This document shows positions 25,165 to 36,049 of a stretch of DNA of 47,620 nucleotides, in pieces. Location of the stretch: the NCBI RefSeq assembly GCF_001194135.2, contig NC_068981.1, forward strand, positions 112,991,269 to 113,038,888, given 5' to 3'. The stretch is from Octopus bimaculoides. Its lineage: Eukaryota. How positions within the stretch are numbered: position 1 is the first letter of the stretch; each line of letters opens with the position of its first letter. Position numbers and translations under genes: made by a program. The notes below the pieces were generated by a model that made no database searches, was not told where the DNA came from, and saw only the letters and a program-made list of their open reading frames with translations.

Positions 25165-25590
25165 GCTGGATGGGTAATGTCAGTGTGCATATATGACAGA
25201 GTGTAAGTGACTTGAGAGAAAAGTTGGGTATACGTAGCATCAAATGTAGTGTGGAAGAGAGAAGACGCACTGGTATAGCTATGTAATGCATATGAATGAA
25301 GCCAGTTGCATCAAGAGGTGCTGATCTCTAATTGTAAAGGGAACACGTGGAGGGGGTGGACCCAGGAAGATGTGGGACGAAATGGTGAGAAAACATCTAC
25401 AGATGTTGAAACTCACGGAGGAGATGACGGAATCAAGGTTCCTGGCAGTTTACTGTGCTTTAAAAGACATGTCAAGCTAAGTAAAAGCATGGTTGCCCTC
25501 CCTTCCATACAGGCTCATTTCCTGCAACTATCTCCAGCTAAGCATCCCTAATCTTGCAGGCTCATAGGTGCTGGTTAAATGATAATGATA
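25165..25590 (+). mobile_element. RTE LINE 3' fragment
   Basis: RWMGNVSVH...EKLGIRSIKCSVEERR...GPRKMWDEMVRK followed by a short tail ending gttaaatgataatgata. Confidence 0.8.
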
Positions 25591-26511
25591 TTGTAGTATG
25601 TTTGTTTGGAAATAGTTATTTTCATGTATAAAGGTGATCATATTGCTAGTCTCTGTTGTTTTCTTATGCTCTTTTTTTTTACTTTGGAAAAGTCCATTGG
25701 AATGTAATTTCACTTGATAATGTGATAATCAATAAGAAAATTAATTTCACATTATGGCCAGATTTTCAAGAATGCATTATTTCTGTAAAGCAGTGGTTCC
25801 CAACCAACTTTTGGCTATGCCCCACTGAATCATTTCTAAAATCCTGATGCCACCTTGTGATGTTTGATTTTTGTTATTCAAAATTTAGTTAATGTTTACA
25901 GTATTCCCTGGAAACAAAATAAAAAAAAATAATGCAACGGATGTAAAAGAAAATGTGTAGGAAAAGAATATGAAAAAAAATGTAGGGAAAGCAACGGGGA
26001 GGACTTCAGAAAATTCACAAAATCCGAGTTTTTCCCTCATAAATTTTAGGAAAATAGTATTTTTTTTCATGAAATTTTATATAAATACCTTTCAACCAAC
26101 ATAGATTACAATTATGAAGAAATTTTGTGGGAAAATCTTTTCTGAGGGGTTGGGAGAGGACTTCGGAAAATTCACAAGATCTGGGGTTTTTGCTCATAAT
26201 TTGATGACAGTTTATCGTGAATAGCAGGTATAAATCCAAATTTTAAATATTCCTCTGAATGTTGACGACCCTTTTTTTACTTGCACTACTCATTTTATAT
26301 ATTTTTGAATCTGCATAACTACAGATTTCTGTGCCCCCGACTTTGGATGATCATAACTTTCAGGAAAATGGATATTTTTAATGAAATTGTCTATGAATAT
26401 GTGTTATGTCTTATAGATTCTGAATACACAAAATTTTGGAAAGTGCTTTAGGAGAGATTGAGGTGAGGAATTTCAGAAATTTCACCGGAGTCCACCTCAA
26501 TTCACCTTAAC

Positions 26512-26711
26512 TTTCAAGAAAATGGATATTTTTTAATGAAATTCTCTACAAATATACCATGGACTATGTAGGTTCCGAGGACATAGGAATTTTATGGGAA
26601 AAATATTGGGGTTTATTTTTGAGAATTGTTCCCTACTCACGGGTGTTTCCAAACAAGTCATCCATATTTGTTTCATTTTCTCTGTTTTGTGCGTTTATGC
26701 ATCCGTAGATT

Positions 26712-26764
<53 letters not shown>

Positions 26765-27650
26765 TGTTGGCACTCTGTCGCTTACGACATCGAGGGTTCC
26801 AGTTGATCCAATCAACAGAACAGCCTGCTTGTGAAATTAACATGCAAGTGGCTGAGCACTCCACAGACACGTGTACCCTTAACGTAGTTCTCGGGGAGAT
26901 TCAGTGTGACAAGGCTGACCCTTTGAAATACAGGTACAACAGAAACAGGAAGAAAGAGTGAGAGAAAGTTGTGGTGGAAGAGTACAGCAGGGTTCGCCAC
27001 CATCCCCTGCCGGAGCCTCGTGGAGCTTTAGGTGTTTTCACTCAATGAACACTCACAACACCTGGTCTGGGAATCGAAACCGTTATCTATGACCGCGAGT
27101 CCGCTGCTCTAACCACTGGGCCATTGCGCCTCCCCATATATATATATGTAATTAAAAAAGTTCAAACAAGGAATTATTCCATTCAATATCATGTTTATTA
27201 TAGAGATTATGTAACAAATTATGCTTTACACTTCTATATTTGACAGTGCATGTATATTCCTTATTTTTGCTTCTGGTGTCTTCTGCCTTTCTATCAGAAA
27301 TGTTTACCTGGGAATTTATATAAAGTGAAAAAAATAAGTCGTCTTAATAACATATTTCTGTGTACCAGACCTTTAGCTGTTATTTTTAGTATAATGAATT
27401 TTCTGGTAAGGGCTTCATTTGCCTTCATTGCCTGTTGTTTCAGTAGAAATCTACTGATGCACAAACACACAAAATAGAGAAAATGAAACAAATATGGACA
27501 ACTTGTTCAGAAACACCTGTGAGTGAGAAACAGTTCTCAAAAATAGCCCCCCACTCGTTTCCCCCTCCCCAGTTCCTATGTCCTCGCAATCTACATAGAC
27601 CGAGGTATATTTGTAGAGAATTTCATTTAAGAATATCCATTTTCTTGAAA
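26512..27650. repeat. About 205-bp inverted repeat pair (26512-26716 and 27443-27650)
   Basis: tttcaagaaaatggatat...tctctacaaatatacc...gaggacataggaa...ccatatttgtttcattttctct...gtagatttctac is found again reverse-complemented. The right arm enters the gap. Confidence 0.9.
26765..27133 (-). mobile_element. Well-preserved tRNA-derived SINE
   Basis: Minus strand: GGAGGCGCAATGGCCCAGTGGTTAGAGCAGCGGACTCGCGG...GGTTTCGATTCCCAGACC (A and B boxes) followed by a non-tRNA body. It retains many CpGs and is flanked by (CA)n/(TA)n. Confidence 0.9.
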
Positions 27651-27953
27651 NNNNNNNNNNNNNNNNNNNNNNNNNNNNNNNNNNNNNNNNNNNNNNNNNN
27701 NNNNNNNNNNNNNNNNNNNNNNNNNNNNNNNNNNNNNNNNNNNNNNNNNNNNNNNNNNNNNNNNNNNNNNNNNNNNNNNNNNNNNNNNNNNNNNNNNNNN
27801 NNNNNNNNNNNNNNNNNNNNNNNNNNNNNNNNNNNNNNNNNNNNNNNNNNNNNNNNNNNNNNNNNNNNNNNNNNNNNNNNNNNNNNNNNNNNNNNNNNNN
27901 NNNNNNNNNNNNNNNNNNNNNNNNNNNNNNNNNNNNNNNNNNNNNNNNNNNNN
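27651..27953. other. Assembly gap (N run)
   Basis: 303 N. A further 10-N gap lies at 28241-28250. Confidence 1.
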
Positions 27954-28128
27954 AAACAAAAAATATTCCATTAATCTTCTCAGCTGCAAAAGCCTTTGTA
28001 TCAATGATAGAAGGTTTTTCTTACCTTTTTGCTGAATTCACAAACTGACTGGTGGGAATAAAATGACCAGTTAATTTTCATCTCTGTTCATATATATGTG
28101 TGTGTGTATGTGTGCATTACCAGTACCA

Positions 28129-28169
<41 letters not shown>

Positions 28170-28258
28170 TTATCTATCTATCTATCCTCTCTCTTTCTCT
28201 CTCTCTCTTTCTCTCTCTCTCTTTCTCTCTCTCTCTTTCTNNNNNNNNNNCAGTACCA

Positions 28259-28299
<41 letters not shown>

Positions 28300-29240
28300 T
28301 TATCTATCTATCTATCCTCTCTCTTTCTCTCTCTCTCTTTCTCTCTCTCTCTTTCTCTCTCTCTCTTTCTCTCTCTCTCTTTCTGCCTCTTTCTCTTCCT
28401 TCACTGATGCTATCCCTTCCACTCTATTTCAACCCATTTCACACCATTTAATTCTTTCATCCCTCACCCCAACACCATTTATTGCCCTATCAACACTCTG
28501 CAGCACCACATTTTTCTTGTATACCTAGATTTTTTGTCACCAGAGATAAAAGAGTCAATACCCTTAAACACACCTGGCATTTGAGCACTGACCAGTTCTG
28601 TACTACATGTACGCATGCACACACACACAAACACACATATGCATTTGTAATTACCTAGAGGTTTTCACATAACACTAAATTGAAGGAAATAATCTATTCC
28701 CTCTTTAGTGACATCAGATCTCTAAAGTGTACAAAATTTGATAAAATTGTCCACAGAAAGAATGTAAAGAATTTTTTTTTAATAACTCATTCTTGAATTG
28801 TCCCCTTTCTCTATTGATATACTAAACATTGTGTACAAAAGGTATAAAAATTCAACATAACCCTATGTGTGCCTCACCAAAATATTACCATGCCCCACTG
28901 GTGGGATATGTGCCCCACGTTGGGAATCACAACTGTAAAGCAAAGGATTCATGTACTTGCTAGACAAGTGCAACTCCCTACCTTCTATAATTTTAGCTAA
29001 ATGTAACATATTTGTATGCAGTTTTCTTATCACTTGATCTGCTTTCATGATGCAATTTGGCACTATGGATAATACTGTGATTGAATATTTTTATAAGTCA
29101 TTCCTTACTGCCTGAAAATTCAACTTGTAGTTGATCAGATGTTTGATTTGTAATGTTAATTTCATAGAAAATTCTTAATGTTTCCTTAGTGTATATTAAA
29201 GCTGTTAATTAGCATACCTTTTTGGCTTTATGATTTAGGT

Positions 29241-29640
29241 GCAGACATGGTTGTGCAGCTGAGAAGTTTGTCTCCCAACCATGTAGTTTCAGGTTCAGTT
29301 TCACCATGTGGCACCTTCATCAAGTGTTAACTGAAGCTTCAGGCCAATCAGTGCCTTGTATAAGTTGTGTGTGTGTGTGTGTGCAAGTTAATGTCCACTT
29401 TTCCATGCTTGCATGGGTTAGATGGAATTTGTTGAGGCAAATTTCCTATGGCCCTTCTTGATGCCAATATGTTTTGAACTAAGATGATATTTCTTCATGA
29501 ACAGACATGTTTTCAAAGAAGATTGGAAATAAAAGGCACTGCTTGCATGATGGTGGTACCCATTTACAAATTTCACATGATAATAAGGCAAGGAGACAGT
29601 AACACATACACACGCACACACATGCATGTGTGTATATATA
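29241..29640. mobile_element. SINE head (+) joined to a LINE/SINE tail fragment (-)
   Basis: catggttgtgcagctgagaagtttgtctcccaaccatgtagtttcaggttcag resembles the head at 23858. The stretch tccacttttccatgcttgcatgggttagatgg is an inverted tail. Confidence 0.55.
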
Positions 29641-31825
29641 TTATCATTATCATCATTGTTTAACATCTATTTTCCATGCTGGCATGGGTTGGATGGCTTG
29701 ACGGGAGCTGTCCAGACTCCAATTGTCTGTTTCGGCATGGTTTCTATGGCTGGATGCCCTTCATAACACCAATCACTTTACAGAGTGTGTTGAGTGTATT
29801 TTATGTGCCACTGGCATGGGTGCATTTATGTACCACCAGCATGAATGCATTTTATGTGGTGCCGGCACCTGTAAAGGACAAGCCTGTATGTATGGATGAC
29901 CGTGATTTTACTTAGCTTGACGTGTCTTCTCAAGTACAGCAAATCATCACAACTCCTGGTCCCTTGTCTTTTCCAGTGTCTGAAGATCCTTTCTCACCAC
30001 TTTGTCCCACATATCTTCCTGGGTTTACCCCTTCCACAGGTTTCCTCCATAATTTGAGCTCAGGTAATGTCAGTGTGCACACAGAACAGAGTGTAAATGT
30101 TTTACTGGGTATTAGAGGCATCAGGTATTGTGTGCAAAAGAGAAAACTGCACTTCTTTATAAAGTTGTCATCCATATACATCACATGACCAAAACAGTGC
30201 AATCTTCTCTCTTGCACACAACATTGCATGCCCCTTATACCCAGTAAATCATTTACACTCTGTTGTGTGTGTATACTGACATTACCCATCCAGCAGAGCA
30301 TGCTAGCTTCAGTTCTTCCAAGCCTTCACAAGTCTTAGCCCATGTTTCACTGCCATGTAGCATAGCTGTATGTACACAGGCATCAGACAATTTGCCTTTC
30401 ACTCTGAAGGAGAGGCCCATAGTTACCAACAAAGGTAGAAGGTCTCTGAACTTTGCTCAGCTCATTCTTATTCTAACAGCTATGCTTTCAGAACTTTCTC
30501 CTCCACTATTAACTCAGTCACTTAGATAACAGATGCTATCTACTACTTCTAATGATCCCACTGAGCATTTGAGGAAGTCTATAGTCTGTGCATATTTAGT
30601 GCTTATTGTACCCACACATTTTCCACACACAAAGATTATTTTCTCTGTTAACCTTCCTGTGATACTTATGTGTTCAAAGCTTGCACTGGGTACAACGTAT
30701 GGAGGTTCTACTAACACCCTTTCTACATATGGAGCAGGGCCATCTCCCTGAATAGATTGTGATTTGCCTGTTTTCCTACTTACTAGGACTTTGGTCTTTG
30801 CTAAGGCTCTTAAATTCCAAACCTTCCTTCCACAGCTGAGATTTCTTCACTAGGTCAGGCAGTGATTCAGCTATAAGAACAAGGTCATCAGCATAGAGGA
30901 GCTCCCCAAAACAGCCAGTCTTGAATTCCTCTGTTATGGTCTGGAAGACTAAGAGGTGGTTGAGAATGGATCCTTGTTGAACTCCTAACTTAACACTGAA
31001 TTTATTGCTATACTCGTTGTCAACCTTCACCTTACTGGCAGCATCCTTGCACATGGCTTCCACACTGACCACCAGATAAGGGAATGGGGGAACTTGTCAA
31101 AGGCTTTCACCATGTCAACAAAGGCCAAGTACAGAGATTTATTTTTGGCAAAATACTTCTGAAGTTGCCTTACCAGGAATATAGTATCAGTTGTGCTTCT
31201 CCCAAGCACAAAACCAAACTACTTCTCATCTAGTCTAACTCTCTTCCTAATCAGTTGAGCTATAGCCTACTCTGTAACTTGCATTATCTGGTCCAGCAAT
31301 TTGAAACCGCTGTAATTATTTCCAAGCATCACCTTCACTTTTGTAGCAGTTGGCTATGGTACTGCTATACCAGTTATTGGGTATGACTCCCTCATGGACA
31401 ACCTGATTAACTATATGTGTGACTAGTTCATATCCCACTTCACCAGATATTCTAAGTATCTTAACAGTGATTCTTGATGGGCTGTCAGCTTTCCCTGTTT
31501 TCACATCCTTAATTCCTTTATCAACCAAGCTACTGTTGATTCAGATAGCTGGTCCTTCAGTTGGGTCTACATTAGGCAAACTCTCCTCCTATGCATTCTC
31601 TACATTTAGCAACCTTTAATAATAGCATTTCCAAGCTTCTTTCTTTGCAACATCACATACTGCAAGGGAACCATCCTCCATACAGACACATTTCTCTCTT
31701 ATGACATAAAAATTTTCTTTCATACATTGTCTTGCAATCTGAAATACTTCAAGCTTCTGGCCCTCATGCCACATAACATTGGCAAACTTCTTCCTTTTTA
31801 CTTCTCACCTGGCTAAATATATCTG
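29641..31825 (-). mobile_element. 5'-truncated RTE LINE with internal inverted duplication
   Basis: RT motifs LLYADDLVL (about 30875-30902), FVDMVKAFD and QQGSIL; Cys-rich insert at 30610-30750; short 3' UTR with (GAT)n-type tail near 29645. Confidence 0.9.
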
Positions 31826-31989
31826 AGTGTAGTGGGTGCTTTTTACATGCCACCAGCACAGGGGCCAGTTGGTGTTTTTTACGTGCCACCGGCATGGAAG
31901 CCAGTCAAGGTGGTGCTGGCATCAGCCATGTTGAGATGGGACTTTTTACGTGCCACCGACACATTTATATACATATATATATATATATA

Positions 31990-32980
31990 TCATCACCAGC
32001 ATCATCACCGTTTTAACATCCCTTCTCTTTCCATTATGTCTTGGGTTGGATGGGTCAACATGAGCTGAGAGCTGCAGCAAATTCTAATGTCTGCTTTCAT
32101 ATAGTTTCTACAGCTAGGTGCTTTTTATGTGGTACTAGTACTGGTGAAGTCACCAAGTATCTGCAAAACAAGAACCTTCAACTTAGTGGGGTATAGAATT
32201 GAGCAATAAGAAACTATAATAGAAACACAGGAGCTGATGCCATACTGAAGAGGTGAATAAATGTTTAACCCATCAAGAGAAACAGAGAGAGAGAGATGTG
32301 AGATCAAGATACAAGGGGAATATGAGAGGCAGAATAATATAGAGGAGCAGAAAAGGTGGATGTGTACATAAGTATGCTAAATAAGAATGGTGTGACAGAC
32401 AAATTAGAGATAGGGAATGAGATGGATGCAAAGAATATCAATTCAGCAGAGGGTAAATGAAGGAAGGAAATAGGGTAACACAGAAGATTGATGGAAGAAT
32501 GGGCATTAGAGGATGAGTTGTGAGGGAAAGCTTGACTGAACTTAATTCTGCTGAGATGGATGGGTCTTCTCAAGCACAGTATATTGCCTTTCATCTCAAT
32601 TCCTTGTTATTTCTGAAAGGCTCAACGTCCTGAGGTCAGTCTTCACCACTTCATCCCACATCTTCCTGGGGTTCCTTCTTCCACAGGCTACCTCCACTGT
32701 CAGTACTTCTTTATACAGCTGTCCTTGTCCATTTGCATCACATGACCATATCAGCACAATCTTCTCTCGTACACACCACATCTGATGCCTCTTATTCCCA
32801 ATTTTTCTACCAGTGCATTTGTAATTTGTTGTACATGTACACTGATGTTGCATAACTATCAAAGTATGTTAGGTTCATTTCTTTCTAGTCTTTGTATATC
32901 CTCTCCATTCACAGTTGAAGTTTCACAACCATGTAGCATTGCTATTCATACACAGGCATCATAAAATCTGCCTTTCACCC

Positions 32981-33027
<47 letters not shown>

Positions 33028-33648
33028 AAGAAAGAGAAAGAAATCTTTTGTTAATAACAGAAGTAAGAGTTCTCTGAACTTTCTCTAGCAAATATACTTT
33101 CAAAGCATCCTCTTCCACTGCTAATTCAGCCATTTAGGTAACAAACTCTCTGCTACTTCCAGAACATCTATTTCCCATGTGCTCTTGTTACTTATTGTTC
33201 TTGCATATCTACTTCAAACAAATTCTACTTCCTCTGTTAACTTTTCTCTAATTCTACTGCACCTCTTATATATCCATAGTCTGCACTGAATACACCATAT
33301 GGAATTTCTACCGACAACTTTTCTTCATACCAAACAGGGTCATTTTTCTGAAGAGATAGGCATATAATATTTTTCTTTGCTTACTAGAACTTGGGAGTTA
33401 AATTTAAGGCCTTGCTTCTATTCCTGGAATTTCTTTTCTAATTCTGATACCACTTCAGCTGTTAGAACAAGATTATTGGCATTGAGTTACCGCAAGTAAC
33501 TAGCCTTAAACTTTTCTTGTTATAGCCTGGAGAACTATAATAGGAGGGGGCTGATAGTTGAACCCTACACACTGAATTTGTCATTCTACTCGTTGTTAAC
33601 TTTCATGTACGGCATCTCTGTACATGGCTGGACAGCTCTCAACAATGG
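31990..33648 (-). mobile_element. 5'-truncated RTE LINE with long 3' UTR
   Basis: GRRNPRKMWDEVVKTDLR, a decayed Cys-rich insert at about 33200-33350, a 3' UTR that is GA-rich on the + strand (32280-32560), and a (GAT)n-type tail near 31995. Confidence 0.85.
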
Positions 33649-33649
33649 C

Positions 33650-34478
33650 TTTGCACAGCCATTTATTCACTTCTTCATCTGTAGCAAATCAATGACCTCA
33701 TAAAGGATGCTTGAGTGGCCCACAGAGGTAATTGTTGGAATGGGTGAGATCTAGACTGTATCTGGGGTATTTCAGCAACTCAAAACCCAGTTTTTCAATG
33801 GTTTCAGTGGTGTAGGCAGCTGTATGTGGGCATGCATAGACCCCAGCATTTGGTGCAAATTACAGGTTTCAGTTTGTTGGCCAGCATTTCACTGTAGCCT
33901 ACGCTGGTGACTGCTTTTCCAGGTAATGTTCCAGTTTAGGCCCTTTTGAATCCAAAAATGGTTAGCATCAGTCTCTCTGCAGAAGGTTGAGTCTTGAATT
34001 TCCATCACTTTGCATCTTGGATTCTGGCTAAGTGATGGATCACGTCTCATCTTTTGTGACTGTTCTAGCTAAAAAAGCTTCACCTTCATCATTGTAGTGG
34101 TCAAATAAGCATTGACAGATCTCCACATGATTATGCTTATGCACTTCACACAGACTATACGGAAGCAAAACTTGTCAAGCATTATTTCTTATGACTAATT
34201 TGCAGAGAACATACCACCTCATCAATGGTCACTTGTCAGTTCACTGGAACCATCTCTCAAGCTTGTGGAATCTTTAGAATCGGTGGTAGAGGTTGATGGG
34301 TATCCTGCTCCTGCTTCATGCTTCAAGCTTGTCTGGCCATTTTTAAACTTGATTCACTGTCCCTGTATTGTACTGTAAACCTGTGAGGAACTTCTGCCCC
34401 TGACACACCTTTTGACTAGAGAAATTGGATCACTGATTTCTGTTCTCCCTTGGTGCACACTGCCAACAGTGTGGCCAT
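33650..34478 (-). pseudogene. Decayed mariner transposase
   Basis: MATLLAVCTKGEQKSVIQFL*SKGVSGAEV at 34478, then DETW-like gatgagacgtga, LMLTIF, and YPRYSLDLTHS (HPPYSPDLAP). Internally deleted. Confidence 0.8.
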
Positions 34479-34916
34479 GTGTACTCTGTAAAACCTCAGT
34501 TATATGTGTTGTTTAGCTCCAGGTTAGCCATGATCAGCCAAACCATTACTCAAAGAAGTTCCTCCATAACTAGCACTTCAATTCATCCTTATTTAAGACA
34601 ATTGTCTACAACATAAAAGAGATATCCTCTTTGACTCAATCAAACACCAGAATCTTACAACATTTGAAGAAAAAGACAACAGTCACAAAAGTTAAAGGGA
34701 AAACAGTGACACTAAATGTAATGTGAAACTACTTGCAAGGTTGATGTTCATTACATAGGTGCAACACAATGGCTTTCAGCATTTTCTAATTTATGGTCTA
34801 GGCCCTTTACCATCAACTTTTGCAACTGAACAAAATACTCTGGTTAAGACTAACAAGCATTATTCACAAAACACTAAAATTTTGCTTTTGCAAAGAAAGT
34901 TGTTGCAGACTTAATA

Positions 34917-36045
34917 CAAGGGTGGGCTGAAAAGTTCATAGAATGACTATGAAGGAGTGATGTTACACTTGTGAAATCTTGCATACATTCATTTCAATTC
35001 TTGTTAATAACTAAATTGTTTCTTTCCAGGTAAAGTGACATCTGACTGTTCAAAGAAGACTTCAAAAGTAACTAGTAGTAACTTCTCTTGAAAATCAACA
35101 AAATTTGGCATCATGATATTATCAAATACCTGCAGAAAAAGGATTTAGCCCTCAAGGACATTCATGTTGATATGGTTGCTACATTAGGGGATGATACTCC
35201 AGCTTTATCAACAATGCAAAAGTGGGCAGTTGAATTGAGGAAGGGAAGGAAGAGTCTTGAAGATGACCCAAGGTCTGGATGTCTTGCAACTACCACCACT
35301 GAGGAAAATGTTGATCATTTTCACCACATGATGATGGATGACAAGCGATTTGATTATAAATCAAATGGCCAGTTCTATTAACATAACTAGTGAGAGGGTT
35401 GAAAACATTCTGCACTTTGAACTTGGCATGTTGAACATTTTTGCTTAGTAGGTGCCACGTCTTCTGACATCTGAACAAAAGTGCACCAGGCTGATCACAT
35501 CATGGGAAAATCTGACATTGTTTGAGGCAGATGCAGTTGGTTTCCTTGAATATTTCCTGAGCCAGAATGAGTGTTAGCTTCATCACTTTGATCTAGAGAC
35601 AAAGAAGTAATCCATGCTGTGGAAACATCCCTCCTCACTTGCTCCAAAGAAGGCCAAGACTGTTTCATCTGCAGGGAGAGTGATGACCTTAGTTTTTTGG
35701 AGATGCAAAAGGTATTGTGTTTATTGACTATTATCACAAGGACCACACCATCTGTGGAAAGTACTATGCCAACTTGCTGAAGCAGTTATGAAAAGCTAAC
35801 AAGATCAAATGCCCGGAAAAACTGATGAAAGGAGTTTTGTTTCATCAGAACCATGCTTCTGCACACAAGTCATTGGTTTCAGTGGCTGCTGCATGTGACT
35901 GTGGCTTTGAACTGGTTGATCACCATCCCTATTCCCCTGATTTGGCCCCATCTGTTCCCCAATATGAAAAAACACTTGGCTGAGAACTCATGTTACAATG
36001 ATGATACTGTTGATGACTTTTTTGACCAACAGGATGAATCAATCA
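34917..36045 (+). mobile_element. Mariner element, 5' TIR present, 3' end truncated
   Basis: TA|CAAGGGTGGGCTGAAAAGTTC terminus; IKYLQKK..IHVDMVATLG..KWAVELRKGRKSLEDDPRSG; WVPR-like gtgccacgt; VMTLVFW; HQNHA (HDNA). Ends at the Gypsy junction. Confidence 0.88.
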
Positions 36046-36049
36046 ACTT

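Larger units (their letters stand above)
25791..28932. mobile_element. Non-autonomous hAT-type (Buster/Charlie-like) element with 8-bp TSD
   Basis: Left end CAGTGGTTCCCAAC; right end GTTGGGAATCACAA (11/14 match to the inverse). CTGTAAAG is duplicated exactly at 25783-25790 and 28933-28940. No transposase inside. Confidence 0.8.

Noticed and set aside
27060-27133. tRNA gene (A and B boxes on the minus strand; similar heads at 14987, 15830, 23150 and 23858)
   Set aside because: No complete cloverleaf or acceptor stem, and each head runs into a repeat body, so these are SINE heads.
28110-28385. Direct duplication of cagtaccataaatc(tc)n...
   Set aside because: Near-identical copies sit on either side of a 10-N gap, which is typical of a contig-overlap artefact.
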